A stretch of DNA of 36,963 bases from a virus (IMGVR_UViG_2563366920_000001), one strand, 5' to 3'. Shown: positions 15,621 through 25,061, counted from the first letter of the stretch. Translations and numbers: made by a program. Notes: a model not told the origin generated them from the letters alone.

Positions 15621-16673
15621 ATGAAAAATACTGTAAAAATAAACAGTGTTGATTTAATCAACGCTGATTGCCTGCATTTTATTCAGTCCCTGCCTGATGA
15701 TTCCATTGACCTGATTGTTACCGATCCGCCTTACTTCAAGGTGAAACCTAACGGTTGGGACAATCAGTGGAAAGGGGACGAAGATTACCTTAAGTGGCTG
15801 GACCACTGTCTGGCCCAGTTCTGGCGGGTGTTGAAACCTGCCGGAAGCCTTTACCTGTTCTGTGGGCATCGCCTGGCATCTGATATTGAGATCATGATGC
15901 GTGAACGTTTCAACGTGCTTAACCATATCATCTGGGCGAAGCCGTCCGGACGTTGGAATGGGTGTAATAAAGAAAGTCTGCGCGCATATTTTCCTGCCAC
16001 AGAGCGCGTTCTGTTTGCTGAACATTACCAGGGGCCATATCGCGGCAAAAGTGACGGCTATGCGGCAAAAGAAAGGGAACTCAAACAGCACATAATGGCA
16101 CCGCTGATATCGTATTTCAGGGATGCTCGTGCCGAACTGGGTATAACGGCAAAACAAATTGCCGAAGCCACAGGTAAGAAAAATATGGTTTCCCACTGGT
16201 TTGGTGCCAGTCAGTGGCAGTTGCCGAATGAGGCTGACTATCGGAAGTTACAGGCACTGTTTTCCCGTATAGCGGCAGAGAAGTTTCAGGAACAACAACT
16301 GGAACAACCACACCACCAGCTGGTGGCATCTTATGATTCACTGAATCGCAAATATTCTGAATTGCTGGATGAGTTTAAATCTCTCCGGCGCTATTTCTCC
16401 GTATCAGTCTCCGTGCCTTATACCGATGTCTGGACGCATAAGCCCGTTCAGTTCTACCCGGGTAAACATCCGTGCGAGAAACCGGCGGATATGCTCCGGC
16501 AAATAATCAATGCCAGTAGTCGACCTGGTGATCTGGTTGCTGATTTCTTTATGGGATCCGGTTCCACAATAAAAGCAGCAATGGCGCTGGGGCGTCGGGC
16601 GTTAGGTGTTGAACTTGAGTCAGAGCGGTTTAATCAGACGGTGAAAGAGGTAAGTGAACTGGTGGGGAAATAA
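15621..16673 (+). CDS. DNA methyltransferase, N4/N6 family (beta-class, 350 aa)
   Basis: ATG at 15621. Motif IV DPPY near the N-terminus (DLIVTDPPYFK) and AdoMet motif I near the C-terminus (DLVADFFMGSGSTIKAA), the beta-class order. Confidence 0.85.
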   Translation: MKNTVKINSVDLINADCLHFIQSLPDDSIDLIVTDPPYFKVKPNGWDNQWKGDEDYLKWLDHCLAQFWRVLKPAGSLYLFCGHRLASDIEIMMRERFNVLNHIIWAKPSGRWNGCNKESLRAYFPATERVLFAEHYQGPYRGKSDGYAAKERELKQHIMAPLISYFRDARAELGITAKQIAEATGKKNMVSHWFGASQWQLPNEADYRKLQALFSRIAAEKFQEQQLEQPHHQLVASYDSLNRKYSELLDEFKSLRRYFSVSVSVPYTDVWTHKPVQFYPGKHPCEKPADMLRQIINASSRPGDLVADFFMGSGSTIKAAMALGRRALGVELESERFNQTVKEVSELVGK

Positions 16674-16680
16674 TTCTGGT

Positions 16681-16705
16681 GGCCACGTTGCGTGGCCTTT
16701 TTATT
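16681..16705 (+). terminator. Intrinsic terminator between methyltransferase and holin
   Basis: GGCCACG-TTG-CGTGGCC hairpin followed by TTTTTATTT. Confidence 0.5.
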
Positions 16706-16749
16706 TCCAACACAGCACCCGCAAATATCGCGAGGTGAGAGATGACGAA

Positions 16750-17085
16750 ATGTCTCATAACCCAAATACCTGGCCGGACTGGCTGGAGTTGTTTCAGAGC
16801 TGGTGGCGTGGAGACACACCGCTGGGTGCAGTGATTATGTCGATCGTTATGGCTGGTTTGCGCATCGCCTATTTTGGCGGTGGTGGTGGCTGGAAGCGAA
16901 AAACGCTCGAGATTTTGCTATGTGGCGCTCTGACGCTGACCTTTGCATCCGCTCTTGAATATGTCGGATGGCCTAAATCGCTTTCTGTTGCCATTGGTGG
17001 TGGCGTGGGGCTGATCGGTGTCGATGCTATTCGTGGGGCTGCAATGCGAGTAATCGGTAACAAATTTGGTAGCTCGAAGGAGTAA
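16750..17085 (+). CDS. Holin (lambda S-like, 111 aa, three hydrophobic segments)
   Basis: ATG at 16750 (ORF track begins at an upstream GTG). Three hydrophobic stretches and a charged C-terminus. Immediately upstream of the endolysin. Confidence 0.65.
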   Translation: MSHNPNTWPDWLELFQSWWRGDTPLGAVIMSIVMAGLRIAYFGGGGGWKRKTLEILLCGALTLTFASALEYVGWPKSLSVAIGGGVGLIGVDAIRGAAMRVIGNKFGSSKE

Positions 17086-17088
17086 TTT

Positions 17089-17565
17089 ATGCAGGCACTA
17101 AATTCCCAGCGTAAAGCTTTCCTGGATATGGTGGCATGGTCAGAAGGAACGGATAACGGGCGACAACCGACACGTAACCACGGTTATGATGTTATTGTTG
17201 GTGGCGAACTGTTCACTGATTACTCCGATCACCCTCGCAAACTTGTCACGCTAAACCCCAAACTCAAATCAACAGCTGCCGGACGTTACCAGCTTCTTTC
17301 ACGCTGGTGGGATGCTTACCGTAAACAGCTTGGCCTGAAAGATTTTTCTCCAGAAAGCCAGGACGCTGTAGCTCTGCAGCAGATTAAAGAGCGTGGTGCT
17401 TTACCGATGATTGACCGCGGCAGTATTCGTCAGGCAATCGACCGTTGCAGCAATATCTGGGCGTCGTTACCTGGTGCAGGTTACGGTCAGTATGAACATA
17501 AAATCGGTGACCTGATTGCCCGATTTAAAAAAGCTGGTGGGGTAGTAAATGAGGCTGAGATATAA
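17089..17565 (+). CDS. Endolysin, lambda R-type lytic transglycosylase (158 aa)
   Basis: ATG at 17089 with GAAGGAG. Near-identical to lambda R over NQRKAFLDMVAWSEGTDNGRQ...HGYDVIVGGELFTDYSDHPRKLVTLNPKLKSTAAGRYQLLSRWWDAYRKQLGLKDFSP (recalled). Confidence 0.9.
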   Translation: MQALNSQRKAFLDMVAWSEGTDNGRQPTRNHGYDVIVGGELFTDYSDHPRKLVTLNPKLKSTAAGRYQLLSRWWDAYRKQLGLKDFSPESQDAVALQQIKERGALPMIDRGSIRQAIDRCSNIWASLPGAGYGQYEHKIGDLIARFKKAGGVVNEAEI

Positions 17566-17941
17566 GCTGGTTATTGTTGCCTTCGTTGTTAGCGTCATTG
17601 GTTCCTTCATCTGGTCTGCTGGACATTACTACAGCAAATATCAGCACGAAAAGGAGCGTGCTGATGAGGCTGTACGAAATGCTGAATCAGCAACTGCCAT
17701 TACCCGTAACGTTCTGCAATCACTGCAAATCATCAATACAGTTATAGAGGCTAACCAGCATGCAAAACAGCAGATCGCACTGGAGTCACAGAGAACCCAG
17801 GAAGATATCAAAGTGGCTGTTGCGGATGATGATTGTGCTTCACGTCATGTGCCTGCTGCCGCTGCTGACCGGTTGCGGAAGTACGCGAACAGTTTACGTG
17901 CCGGTTCCGGCGGTACCGCTGCCAACAAGCCTGACCACTGA
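17549..17941 (+). CDS. i-spanin (Rz-like, 130 aa)
   Basis: ATG at 17549 overlapping the endolysin 3' end. N-terminal TM segment LVIVAFVVSVIGSFIW followed by coiled-coil-like sequence. Confidence 0.6.
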   Translation: MRLRYKLVIVAFVVSVIGSFIWSAGHYYSKYQHEKERADEAVRNAESATAITRNVLQSLQIINTVIEANQHAKQQIALESQRTQEDIKVAVADDDCASRHVPAAAADRLRKYANSLRAGSGGTAANKPDH

Positions 17942-18083
17942 AACGCCCCAGCCAGTCATTCCCGACCCGCTGACCTATGGGGCCAGTCTGGATCTGAATG
18001 TGAGCCTGCTTTCGGCGCTGGGCCAGTGCAACATCGACAAGGCCAGTATCAGGAAGATAGAAACGTCACGCAACTCACAGTAG
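17826..18083 (+). CDS. o-spanin (Rz1-like lipoprotein) in the +1 frame, extending past the Rz stop
   Basis: Tandem ATGs at 17826 and 17829. Signal peptide with lipobox LLTGC, then Pro-rich sequence. Starts inside Rz and ends 142 nt after it. Confidence 0.5.
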   Translation: MMIVLHVMCLLPLLTGCGSTRTVYVPVPAVPLPTSLTTETPQPVIPDPLTYGASLDLNVSLLSALGQCNIDKASIRKIETSRNSQ

Positions 18084-18084
18084 C

Positions 18085-18122
18085 CATTACAAAGCTCATC
18101 TGCGGGTGGGCTTTGTAATGGC
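18085..18122. terminator. Perfect 12-bp stem hairpin between convergent genes (bidirectional terminator or RNA stability element)
   Basis: CCATTACAAAGC (18085-18096), 14-nt loop, GCTTTGTAATGG (18111-18122). Sits exactly between the Rz1 stop and the opposite-strand gene stop. Confidence 0.4.
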
Positions 18123-18428
18123 TTATTCGTAGTTGTCACCAGGGAAGTATTCCTGAAACTTTGATTTTGGGAGCTGGGTTTTCGCGAAGTTCGCAAGCCT
18201 TCCTCTTGTAAGCATGTAGTCACACCCACCTTCTTGTTTGAGAAGGTCACCAGCTAATGTCCGATACACAACGTCACTTCGCAAAATTTCAATGGTGGAA
18301 TTCCTGATGAGAAATGTTTCACACATCGGGCATCTAATTAACCAAGCGGTATCACGGTTCTGCCAGGTCGCATCTGAATTGCAAGCCGGGCAGCATTTCT
18401 GATCTTCTTGTCCTATGACCATTGTCAT
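18123..18428 (-). CDS. Hypothetical zinc-ribbon protein (101 aa), opposite-strand moron in the bor position
   Basis: ATG at 18428-18426. Two Cys pairs (CCPAC...CPMC) about 20 residues apart. Protein-like composition. Not similar to lambda Bor as I recall it. Confidence 0.5.
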   Translation of the reverse strand: MTMVIGQEDQKCCPACNSDATWQNRDTAWLIRCPMCETFLIRNSTIEILRSDVVYRTLAGDLLKQEGGCDYMLTRGRLANFAKTQLPKSKFQEYFPGDNYE

Positions 18429-18501
18429 GCTCTCGCATAGTGAAGGAATTTTCAGATTAACTCATTTTCAGACGCATCGTAATGGCTTAAGGAAACAATT
18501 A

Positions 18502-18852
18502 ATGCCACCACGTACACCAAAAGCCTGCCGCGTTCGCGGTTGCCGCAATACCACTACTGACCCGTCAGGCTATTGCGAAAGCCACAAAAGCGAAGGCTGG
18601 AAGCAATACAAACCAGGCCTGTCACGTCATCAGCGCGGCTACGGTTCGAAGTGGGACAGTATCCGCGCGCGTGTCCTGAAGCGTGACAAAGGCCTGTGTC
18701 AGTTATGTCTGCGTGCTGGTGTGGTGCGTGAGGCGAAGACCGTTGACCACATCATCCCTAAATCGCATGGCGGCACTGATGTCGACAGTAATCTGCAGAG
18801 TTTGTGCTGGCCGTGTCATAAGGCGAAGACGGCCCGTGAACGGCTGAAGTAA
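18502..18852 (+). CDS. HNH endonuclease (terminase-associated)
   Basis: ATG at 18502 with AAGGAA. Cys-rich N-terminus plus HNH core (VDHIIPKSHGGTDVDSNLQSLCWPCH), immediately upstream of terminase as in HK97-like phages. Confidence 0.8.
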   Translation: MPPRTPKACRVRGCRNTTTDPSGYCESHKSEGWKQYKPGLSRHQRGYGSKWDSIRARVLKRDKGLCQLCLRAGVVREAKTVDHIIPKSHGGTDVDSNLQSLCWPCHKAKTARERLK

Positions 18853-18977
18853 GAACCAGTTCCCACTGCCAGAGGGGAGGGGCGGGTCAAATCCCTGTGA
18901 CCTGACGTCTTCCGGACTGCCCGCCCCATCGTTTTTTTATACCCGCGAAAAATGAAATTTAACCAGGAGTGCCGCAT

Positions 18978-19472
18978 ATGGCTGGAACGGCGGGGCGTTC
19001 CGGGCGTCGCCCCAAGCCAACGGCGCGCAAGGCGCTGGCCGGAAACCCCGGCAAGCGAGCCCTGAACAAAGATGAACCCGTTTTTACGCCCATCAAAGGT
19101 GTTGAGCCACCGGAGTGGTTCGCTGAAGAAGAGCTCCCTCTCGCCACGATCATGTGGCAACTGACAACCAAAGAACTCTGCGGTCAGGGCCTGCTGTGCG
19201 TGACTGACCTCGCAGTGCTTGAGCGGTGGTGCGTGGCCTATGAGTTCTGGCGACGTGCCGTGAAAAATATTGCCAGACAGGGCAACACCATCACCGGTGC
19301 AATGGGCGGCATGGTCAAAAATCCGGAGCTGACCGCCAAAAAAGAACAGGAGTCCGAGATGAGCAGTACGGGGGCAATGCTCGGACTCGACCCCAGCAGC
19401 CGCCAGCGTCTGATTGGCCTGGCGGGGCAGAAGAAAGCCACTAACCCGTTTCTGAAAATTATCGAATCATGA
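18978..19472 (+). CDS. Terminase small subunit
   Basis: ATG at 18978 with AGGAG 8 nt upstream (ORF track starts at GTG 18969). Basic N-terminus. Stop overlaps the large subunit start as ATGA. Confidence 0.75.
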   Translation: MAGTAGRSGRRPKPTARKALAGNPGKRALNKDEPVFTPIKGVEPPEWFAEEELPLATIMWQLTTKELCGQGLLCVTDLAVLERWCVAYEFWRRAVKNIARQGNTITGAMGGMVKNPELTAKKEQESEMSSTGAMLGLDPSSRQRLIGLAGQKKATNPFLKIIES

Positions 19473-21202
19473 GCCGGAAATCTTACCCCAACGTAAATGC
19501 TGCCAATCAGTATGCCCGGGATGTCGTGCGCGGAAAGATTGTTGCCTGCCAGTTTGTGATTCAGGCCTGCCAGCGCCATCTTGATGACCTGATGGCGGAA
19601 AAAAGTAAGTCGTTTCGTTACCGCTTCGACAAGGACCTGGCTGAACGGGCCGCCAAATTTATTCAGCTGTTGCCGCACACCAAGGGTGAGTGGGCATTCA
19701 AGAGGATGCCCATCACGCTGGAGCCGTGGCAGCTCTTTGTGATCTGCTGTGCGTTTGGCTGGGTCAATAAAGGCTCCCGGCTGCGCCGCTTCCGGGAGGT
19801 GTATACCGAAATCCCCCGTAAGAACGGCAAATCGGCAATCTCTGCCGGTGTCGCCCTGTATTGTTTTGCCTGTGATAACGAGTTTGGCGCGGAAGTGTAT
19901 TCCGGTGCCACGACAGAGAAACAGGCGTGGGAAGTCTTTCGCCCGGCGCGACTGATGTGTAAACGCACGCCCATGCTGACGGAAGCGTTCGGGATTGAGG
20001 TTAACGCCTCAAACATGAACCGTCCGGAGGATGGCGCGCGGTTTGAACCGCTGATCGGTAACCCCGGTGATGGTTCATCACCCCACTGTGCGGTGGTGGA
20101 TGAATATCACGAGCACGCCACCGATGCGCTTTACACCACGATGCTTACCGGGATGGGGGCGCGACGTCAGCCACTGATGTGGGCCATTACTACTGCCGGG
20201 TACAACATTGAGGGGCCGTGCTACGACAAGCGACGGGAAGTTATCGAGATGCTCAACGGGTCGGTACCCAACGATGAACTGTTCGGGATCATCTATACCG
20301 TTGACGAAGGCGATGACTGGACCGACCCGCAGGTGCTGGAAAAAGCTAACCCGAATATTGGCGTGTCGGTTTATCGCGAATTTTTGTTAAGTCAGCAGCA
20401 GCGTGCGAAAAATAACGCCCGTCTGGCAAACGTCTTTAAAACAAAACACCTCAATATCTGGGTGTCGGCGCGTTCGGCGTATTTCAACCTGGTGAGCTGG
20501 CAGAGCTGCGAGGATAAATCACTGACCCTTGAGCAGTTCGAGGGGCAGCCGTGCATTCTGGCCTTTGACCTGGCGCGTAAGCTGGATATGAACAGCATGG
20601 CGCGACTTTATACCCGCGAGATTGACGGTAAAACGCATTACTACAGTGTGGCCCCGCGTTTCTGGGTACCGTATGACACGGTGTACAGCGTCGAGAAAAA
20701 TGAAGATCGACGGACAGCCGAACGCTTTCAGAAATGGGTGGAAATGGGCGTTCTGACCGTTACCGATGGTGCGGAGGTGGATTATCGCTACATCCTCGAG
20801 GAGGCCAAAGCGGCGAACAAAATCAGCCCGGTCAGTGAGTCACCCATTGACCCCTTCGGGGCGACCGGGTTGTCACATGACCTTGCTGATGAAGACCTGA
20901 ACCCCATCACTATCATTCAGAACTACACCAACATGTCCGACCCGATGAAAGAGCTGGAAGCGGCAATTGAATCGGGGCGCTTTCATCATGATGGCAATCC
21001 CATCATGACCTGGTGTATCGGCAACGTGGTCGGCAAAACCATTCCGGGTAACGATGATGTGGTGAAGCCCGTCAAAGAGCAGGCGGAAAACAAAATCGAT
21101 GGTGCAGTTGCGCTGATTATGGCGGTTGGCAGAGCCATGCTGTACGAGAAAGAAGACACGCTGTCTGACCACATTGAGTCCTATGGGATCCGCTCGCTTT
21201 AA
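19469..21202 (+). CDS. Terminase large subunit (HK97-type, 577 aa)
   Basis: ATG at 19469. Walker A-like region and nuclease-domain acidic residues. Size and position typical of terminase large subunits. Confidence 0.9.
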   Translation: MSRKSYPNVNAANQYARDVVRGKIVACQFVIQACQRHLDDLMAEKSKSFRYRFDKDLAERAAKFIQLLPHTKGEWAFKRMPITLEPWQLFVICCAFGWVNKGSRLRRFREVYTEIPRKNGKSAISAGVALYCFACDNEFGAEVYSGATTEKQAWEVFRPARLMCKRTPMLTEAFGIEVNASNMNRPEDGARFEPLIGNPGDGSSPHCAVVDEYHEHATDALYTTMLTGMGARRQPLMWAITTAGYNIEGPCYDKRREVIEMLNGSVPNDELFGIIYTVDEGDDWTDPQVLEKANPNIGVSVYREFLLSQQQRAKNNARLANVFKTKHLNIWVSARSAYFNLVSWQSCEDKSLTLEQFEGQPCILAFDLARKLDMNSMARLYTREIDGKTHYYSVAPRFWVPYDTVYSVEKNEDRRTAERFQKWVEMGVLTVTDGAEVDYRYILEEAKAANKISPVSESPIDPFGATGLSHDLADEDLNPITIIQNYTNMSDPMKELEAAIESGRFHHDGNPIMTWCIGNVVGKTIPGNDDVVKPVKEQAENKIDGAVALIMAVGRAMLYEKEDTLSDHIESYGIRSL

Positions 21203-21213
21203 CTGAGGTAATT

Positions 21214-21396
21214 ATGATCATGCTGATTCTCGCGCCTCTGGTGGGCGTGCTGGGGGCGCTTTTGCTGGCGTATGGTGCCTGGCTGATTTATCCCCCGGCG
21301 GGGGTTGTTGTTGCCGGGGCGTTGTGCCTGTTCTGGTCGTGGCTGGTGGCGCGATATCTCGACCGTACACAGTCGTCTGTCGGCGGAGGTAAATAG
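21214..21396 (+). CDS. Small hydrophobic protein (60 aa, two predicted TM segments)
   Basis: ATG at 21214 with GAGG Shine-Dalgarno. Stop overlaps the portal GTG start. Two hydrophobic stretches. Confidence 0.4.
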   Translation: MIMLILAPLVGVLGALLLAYGAWLIYPPAGVVVAGALCLFWSWLVARYLDRTQSSVGGGK

Positions 21397-22637
21397 TGTT
21401 CTTTTCGGGATTATTTCAACGAAAAAGTGACGCACCGGTGACCACGCCAGCAGAGCTGGCGGATGCTATCGGGTTGTCCTACGACACCTATACCGGAAAG
21501 CAGATCAGCAGCCAGCGGGCCATGCGACTGACGGCGGTTTTTTCCTGCGTCAGGGTGCTGGCAGAGTCGGTCGGGATGTTGCCCTGCAATCTGTATCACC
21601 TGAACGGCAGCCTGAAACAGAGAGCCACCGGCGAGCGTCTGCATAAGCTGATCTCCACGCATCCCAATGGCTATATGACGCCGCAGGAGTTCTGGGAGCT
21701 GGTGGTCACCTGTCTGTGCCTGCGGGGAAACTTTTACGCCTACAAAGTGAAAGCATTTGGCGAAGTGGCTGAACTGCTGCCCGTCGATCCCGGCTGTGTG
21801 GTACCGAAGCTTAACAGTAGCTGGGAGCCGGTCTATCAGGTCACATTCCCGGACGGCTCCACGGATGTACTGAGCCAGGAGGATATCTGGCATGTGCGCA
21901 CGCTGACGCTGGACGGTCTGGTGGGGCTGAATCCCATCGCCTATGCCCGCGAGGCAATATCGCTGGCAGCTGCGACCGAAGAGCACGGGGCCAGACTGTT
22001 CAGCAATGGTGCGGTGACGTCCGGTGTGTTGCGTACAGAGCAGACGCTGTCGGATCAGGCTTATGAGCGCCTGAAGAAAGATTTTGAGGAGCGTCACACC
22101 GGGCTTGGCAATGCTCACCGCCCGATGATCCTTGAGATGGGGCTGGACTGGAAGTCGATGGCGCTGAACGCCGAGGACAGCCAGTTCCTGGAAACCCGCA
22201 AGTTTCAGCTTGAAGAAATCTGTCGTCTGTTCCGGGTGCCGTTGCACATGGTGCAGAACACCGATCGCGCCACCTTCAACAATATCGAAGAGCTGGGGCT
22301 GGGATTTATCAACTATTCACTGGTTCCGTATCTGACCCGCATCGAACAGCGGATCAACACCGGACTGGTACGAAAAAGTAAGCAGGGCGTTTATTACGCC
22401 AAATTTAACGCCGGGGCGTTACTGCGCGGGGATATGAAGTCCCGTTTTGAAGCCTACGCCACCGGGATCAACTGGGGAATTTACTCTCCCAATGACTGCC
22501 GCGACCTGGAAGATATGAATCCGCGTCCCGGTGGTGATGTCTATCTCACACCGATGAACATGACCACGAAACCCTCCGATGGCAGTAAAGCCGGTAAGCA
22601 GAAGGATAACGCCAATGCAGACGAAACAACGTCTTGA
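21396..22637 (+). CDS. Portal protein (HK97 family)
   Basis: GTG start at 21396 with GGAGG 7 nt upstream. 413 aa, follows terminase. Sequence character of HK97-family portals. Confidence 0.85.
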   Translation: MFFSGLFQRKSDAPVTTPAELADAIGLSYDTYTGKQISSQRAMRLTAVFSCVRVLAESVGMLPCNLYHLNGSLKQRATGERLHKLISTHPNGYMTPQEFWELVVTCLCLRGNFYAYKVKAFGEVAELLPVDPGCVVPKLNSSWEPVYQVTFPDGSTDVLSQEDIWHVRTLTLDGLVGLNPIAYAREAISLAAATEEHGARLFSNGAVTSGVLRTEQTLSDQAYERLKKDFEERHTGLGNAHRPMILEMGLDWKSMALNAEDSQFLETRKFQLEEICRLFRVPLHMVQNTDRATFNNIEELGLGFINYSLVPYLTRIEQRINTGLVRKSKQGVYYAKFNAGALLRGDMKSRFEAYATGINWGIYSPNDCRDLEDMNPRPGGDVYLTPMNMTTKPSDGSKAGKQKDNANADETTS

Positions 22638-23265
22638 TGTACCGCTGAGTCTGAAATCTGTCAGTGACTCCGGTGAGTTTGAAGGGTATGGCTCCGTCTT
22701 TGGTGTAAAGGACAGCCACGATGATGTGGTGATGTCCGGGGCATTTGCTGCTTCCCTGCGGGTGTGGAGTGACAGAAAAGCGTTACCTGCGCTGCTCTGG
22801 CAGCACCGCATGGATGAGCCCATCGGTGTTTACACTGAAATGAAGGAAGACGATGTCGGGCTTTACGTCAGGGGGCGGTTGCTCATTGATGATGATCCCC
22901 TGGCAAAACGCGCACATGCACACATGAAGGCCGGTTCGTTAACCGGCCTTTCTATTGGGTACGTCCTGAAGGACTGGGAATACGACCGGACGAAAGAAGC
23001 CTTTCTGCTGAAAGAAATCGACCTCTGGGAAGTCAGTCTGGTGACGTTCCCGTCTAACGACGAAGCGCGGATCAGCGACGTCAAGAACGCACTGGCCCGC
23101 GGGGAAATCCCCGAACAGAAAAAAATCGAAAGAGTCCTGCGTGATGTCGGACTCTCCCGTTCCCAGGCCAAAGCATTCATGGCCGGGGGCTATGGCGCAC
23201 TGTCCCTGCGCGACGCTGAGGATGTGGGCTCTGCACTGAATGCACTGAAAAATCTGAACTTCTAA
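22615..23265 (+). CDS. Prohead maturation protease (HK97-type, S78)
   Basis: ATG at 22615 with AAGGA upstream, overlapping the portal 3' end. Lies between portal and major capsid protein. Confidence 0.8.
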   Translation: MQTKQRLDVPLSLKSVSDSGEFEGYGSVFGVKDSHDDVVMSGAFAASLRVWSDRKALPALLWQHRMDEPIGVYTEMKEDDVGLYVRGRLLIDDDPLAKRAHAHMKAGSLTGLSIGYVLKDWEYDRTKEAFLLKEIDLWEVSLVTFPSNDEARISDVKNALARGEIPEQKKIERVLRDVGLSRSQAKAFMAGGYGALSLRDAEDVGSALNALKNLNF

Positions 23266-23279
23266 TCAGGAGAAATACG

Positions 23280-24485
23280 ATGGCGGTTGATATTAAAGAT
23301 GTCGAACAGGTCGCGCAGGAGCTGCAGCAGAAGTTTGACGACTTCAAAGCAAAGAACGACAAGCGCGTGGATGCGATTGAGCAGGAAAAAGGCAAACTTG
23401 CCGGGCAGGTGGAAACCCTGAACGGGAAACTCAGCGAGCTGGAAAACCTCAAAAGCGATCTTGAAAAAGAGCTGCTTGAGCTGAAACGTCCGGCAGGTGG
23501 TGCGCAAAATAAACTGGCCACCGAGCATAAAGAAGCGTTTGTGGGCTTCCTGCGTAAAGGCCGTGAAGATGGTCTGCGCGATCTGGAGCGCAAGGCATTG
23601 CAGGTGGGCACCGATGAAGACGGTGGCTACGCCGTGCCGGAAGAACTGGATCGCAACATTCTTAACCTGCTGAAAGATGAAGTGGTGATGCGTCAGGAAG
23701 CCACGGTGATCACCGTTGGCGGTTCCGACTACAAAAAACTGGTGAATCTGGGCGGTACGGCTTCCGGATGGGTGGGGGAAACGGATACGCGATCCCAGAC
23801 TGCCACCTCCAGACTGGAGCTGATTGAACCTCTCATGGGGGAAATCTACGGCAACCCGCAGGCTACCCAGAAAATGCTGGACGATGCCTTCTTCAACGTG
23901 GAGGCCTGGATCAACAGCGAGCTGGCAACCGAATTTGCCGAACAGGAAGAAATTGCCTTTACCACCGGCGATGGTACCAAGAAGCCGAAAGGGTTCCTGG
24001 CGTATGAATCCACGGATGAAACCGATAAGGTCCGGGCGTTCGGCAAACTTCAGCATATTGTATCCGGCGACGCGACGGCGGTGACCGCAGACGCCATTAT
24101 CAAACTGATTTACACGCTGCGTAAGGCACACCGCACAGGCGCGAAGTTCATGATGAACAACAACAGCCTGTTTGCCATCCGTCTGCTGAAAGACAGCGAG
24201 GGTAACTATCTGTGGCGTCCGGGGCTGGAGCTGGGGCAGCCGTCCTCTCTGGCGGGGTACGGTATCGCTGAAAACGAACAGATGCCGGATATCGCCGCTG
24301 ATGCGAAAGCCATTGCATTTGGTAACTTCAAACGGGGTTACACCATCGTTGACCGTATCGGCACCCGCATTCTGCGTGACCCGTACACCAATAAACCGTT
24401 TGTCGGTTTTTATACCACCAAGCGCACCGGCGGGATGCTGGTCGATTCGCAGGCCATCAAACTGCTGAAGATTGCAGCGGCGTAA
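23280..24485 (+). CDS. Major capsid protein (HK97 fold) with N-terminal coiled-coil delta/scaffold domain
   Basis: ATG at 23280 with GGAG. First ~100 aa are coiled-coil (KLAGQVETLNGKLSELENLKSDLEKELLELK), followed by the capsid domain. A strong GC hairpin follows the stop at 24493-24512. Confidence 0.9.
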   Translation: MAVDIKDVEQVAQELQQKFDDFKAKNDKRVDAIEQEKGKLAGQVETLNGKLSELENLKSDLEKELLELKRPAGGAQNKLATEHKEAFVGFLRKGREDGLRDLERKALQVGTDEDGGYAVPEELDRNILNLLKDEVVMRQEATVITVGGSDYKKLVNLGGTASGWVGETDTRSQTATSRLELIEPLMGEIYGNPQATQKMLDDAFFNVEAWINSELATEFAEQEEIAFTTGDGTKKPKGFLAYESTDETDKVRAFGKLQHIVSGDATAVTADAIIKLIYTLRKAHRTGAKFMMNNNSLFAIRLLKDSEGNYLWRPGLELGQPSSLAGYGIAENEQMPDIAADAKAIAFGNFKRGYTIVDRIGTRILRDPYTNKPFVGFYTTKRTGGMLVDSQAIKLLKIAAA

Positions 24486-24534
24486 TCACTCAGGGGCGCG
24501 GAACCGCGCCCCCTGTTCTGACGGGTGAAGAATC

Positions 24535-24735
24535 ATGATCCTGAAACAAGATCTGAAATGGTCACCGGACGGTATGCGTGTTGAGGTCATTCGGGCCGGT
24601 GAGTATGACGATGGGGCGCTTCCTGCCCGGGTGCAGGAGATTGCACTTCAGGCCGGGTTAGCAGAGCGCGGAACCAGTGCAAAAAGCAGTAAAGCGACAA
24701 AAGAGAAAAAAGCCACGACCAGTAAAGAGGGCTGA
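24535..24735 (+). CDS. Small Lys/Ser/Thr-rich protein (66 aa)
   Basis: ATG at 24535. Sits between capsid and connector genes. Weak Shine-Dalgarno and low-complexity C-terminus. Confidence 0.3.
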   Translation: MILKQDLKWSPDGMRVEVIRAGEYDDGALPARVQEIALQAGLAERGTSAKSSKATKEKKATTSKEG

Positions 24736-24737
24736 GT

Positions 24738-25061
24738 ATGCTTCTGACAATGGAAGAGATTAAAGCCCAACTCCGGCTGGATGAGGATTTCGATGCTGAT
24801 GACCGCCATCTGCAACTGCTGGCCTGTGCGGCGCAAAAGCGGACGGAAACGTATCTGAACCGGAAGCTCTATGCACCGGATGAAACCATTCCGGACAGTG
24901 ATCCAGACGGGCTGTACCTGCCGGATGATATTCGCCTGGGGATGCTGATGCTTATCAGCCATTTTTACGAAAACCGCTCGTCGGTTACGGAAGTGGAGAA
25001 ACTCGACATGCCGCAGAGTTTTGGCTGGCTTGTCGGCCCGTACAGGTACTTTCCGCAATGA
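24738..25061 (+). CDS. Head-tail connector protein (gp6-like)
   Basis: ATG at 24738 with GAGG. Size and position typical. Acidic N-terminus MEEIKAQLRLDEDFD. Confidence 0.65.
   Translation: MLLTMEEIKAQLRLDEDFDADDRHLQLLACAAQKRTETYLNRKLYAPDETIPDSDPDGLYLPDDIRLGMLMLISHFYENRSSVTEVEKLDMPQSFGWLVGPYRYFPQ

Noticed and set aside
21411-22247. Minus-strand 278-aa ORF antisense to the portal gene
   Set aside because: GC-rich antisense shadow of a well-supported structural gene; Arg/Gln/His-rich translation.
23262-24131. Minus-strand 289-aa ORF antisense to the major capsid gene
   Set aside because: Antisense shadow ORF in a high-GC structural gene, with no start context.
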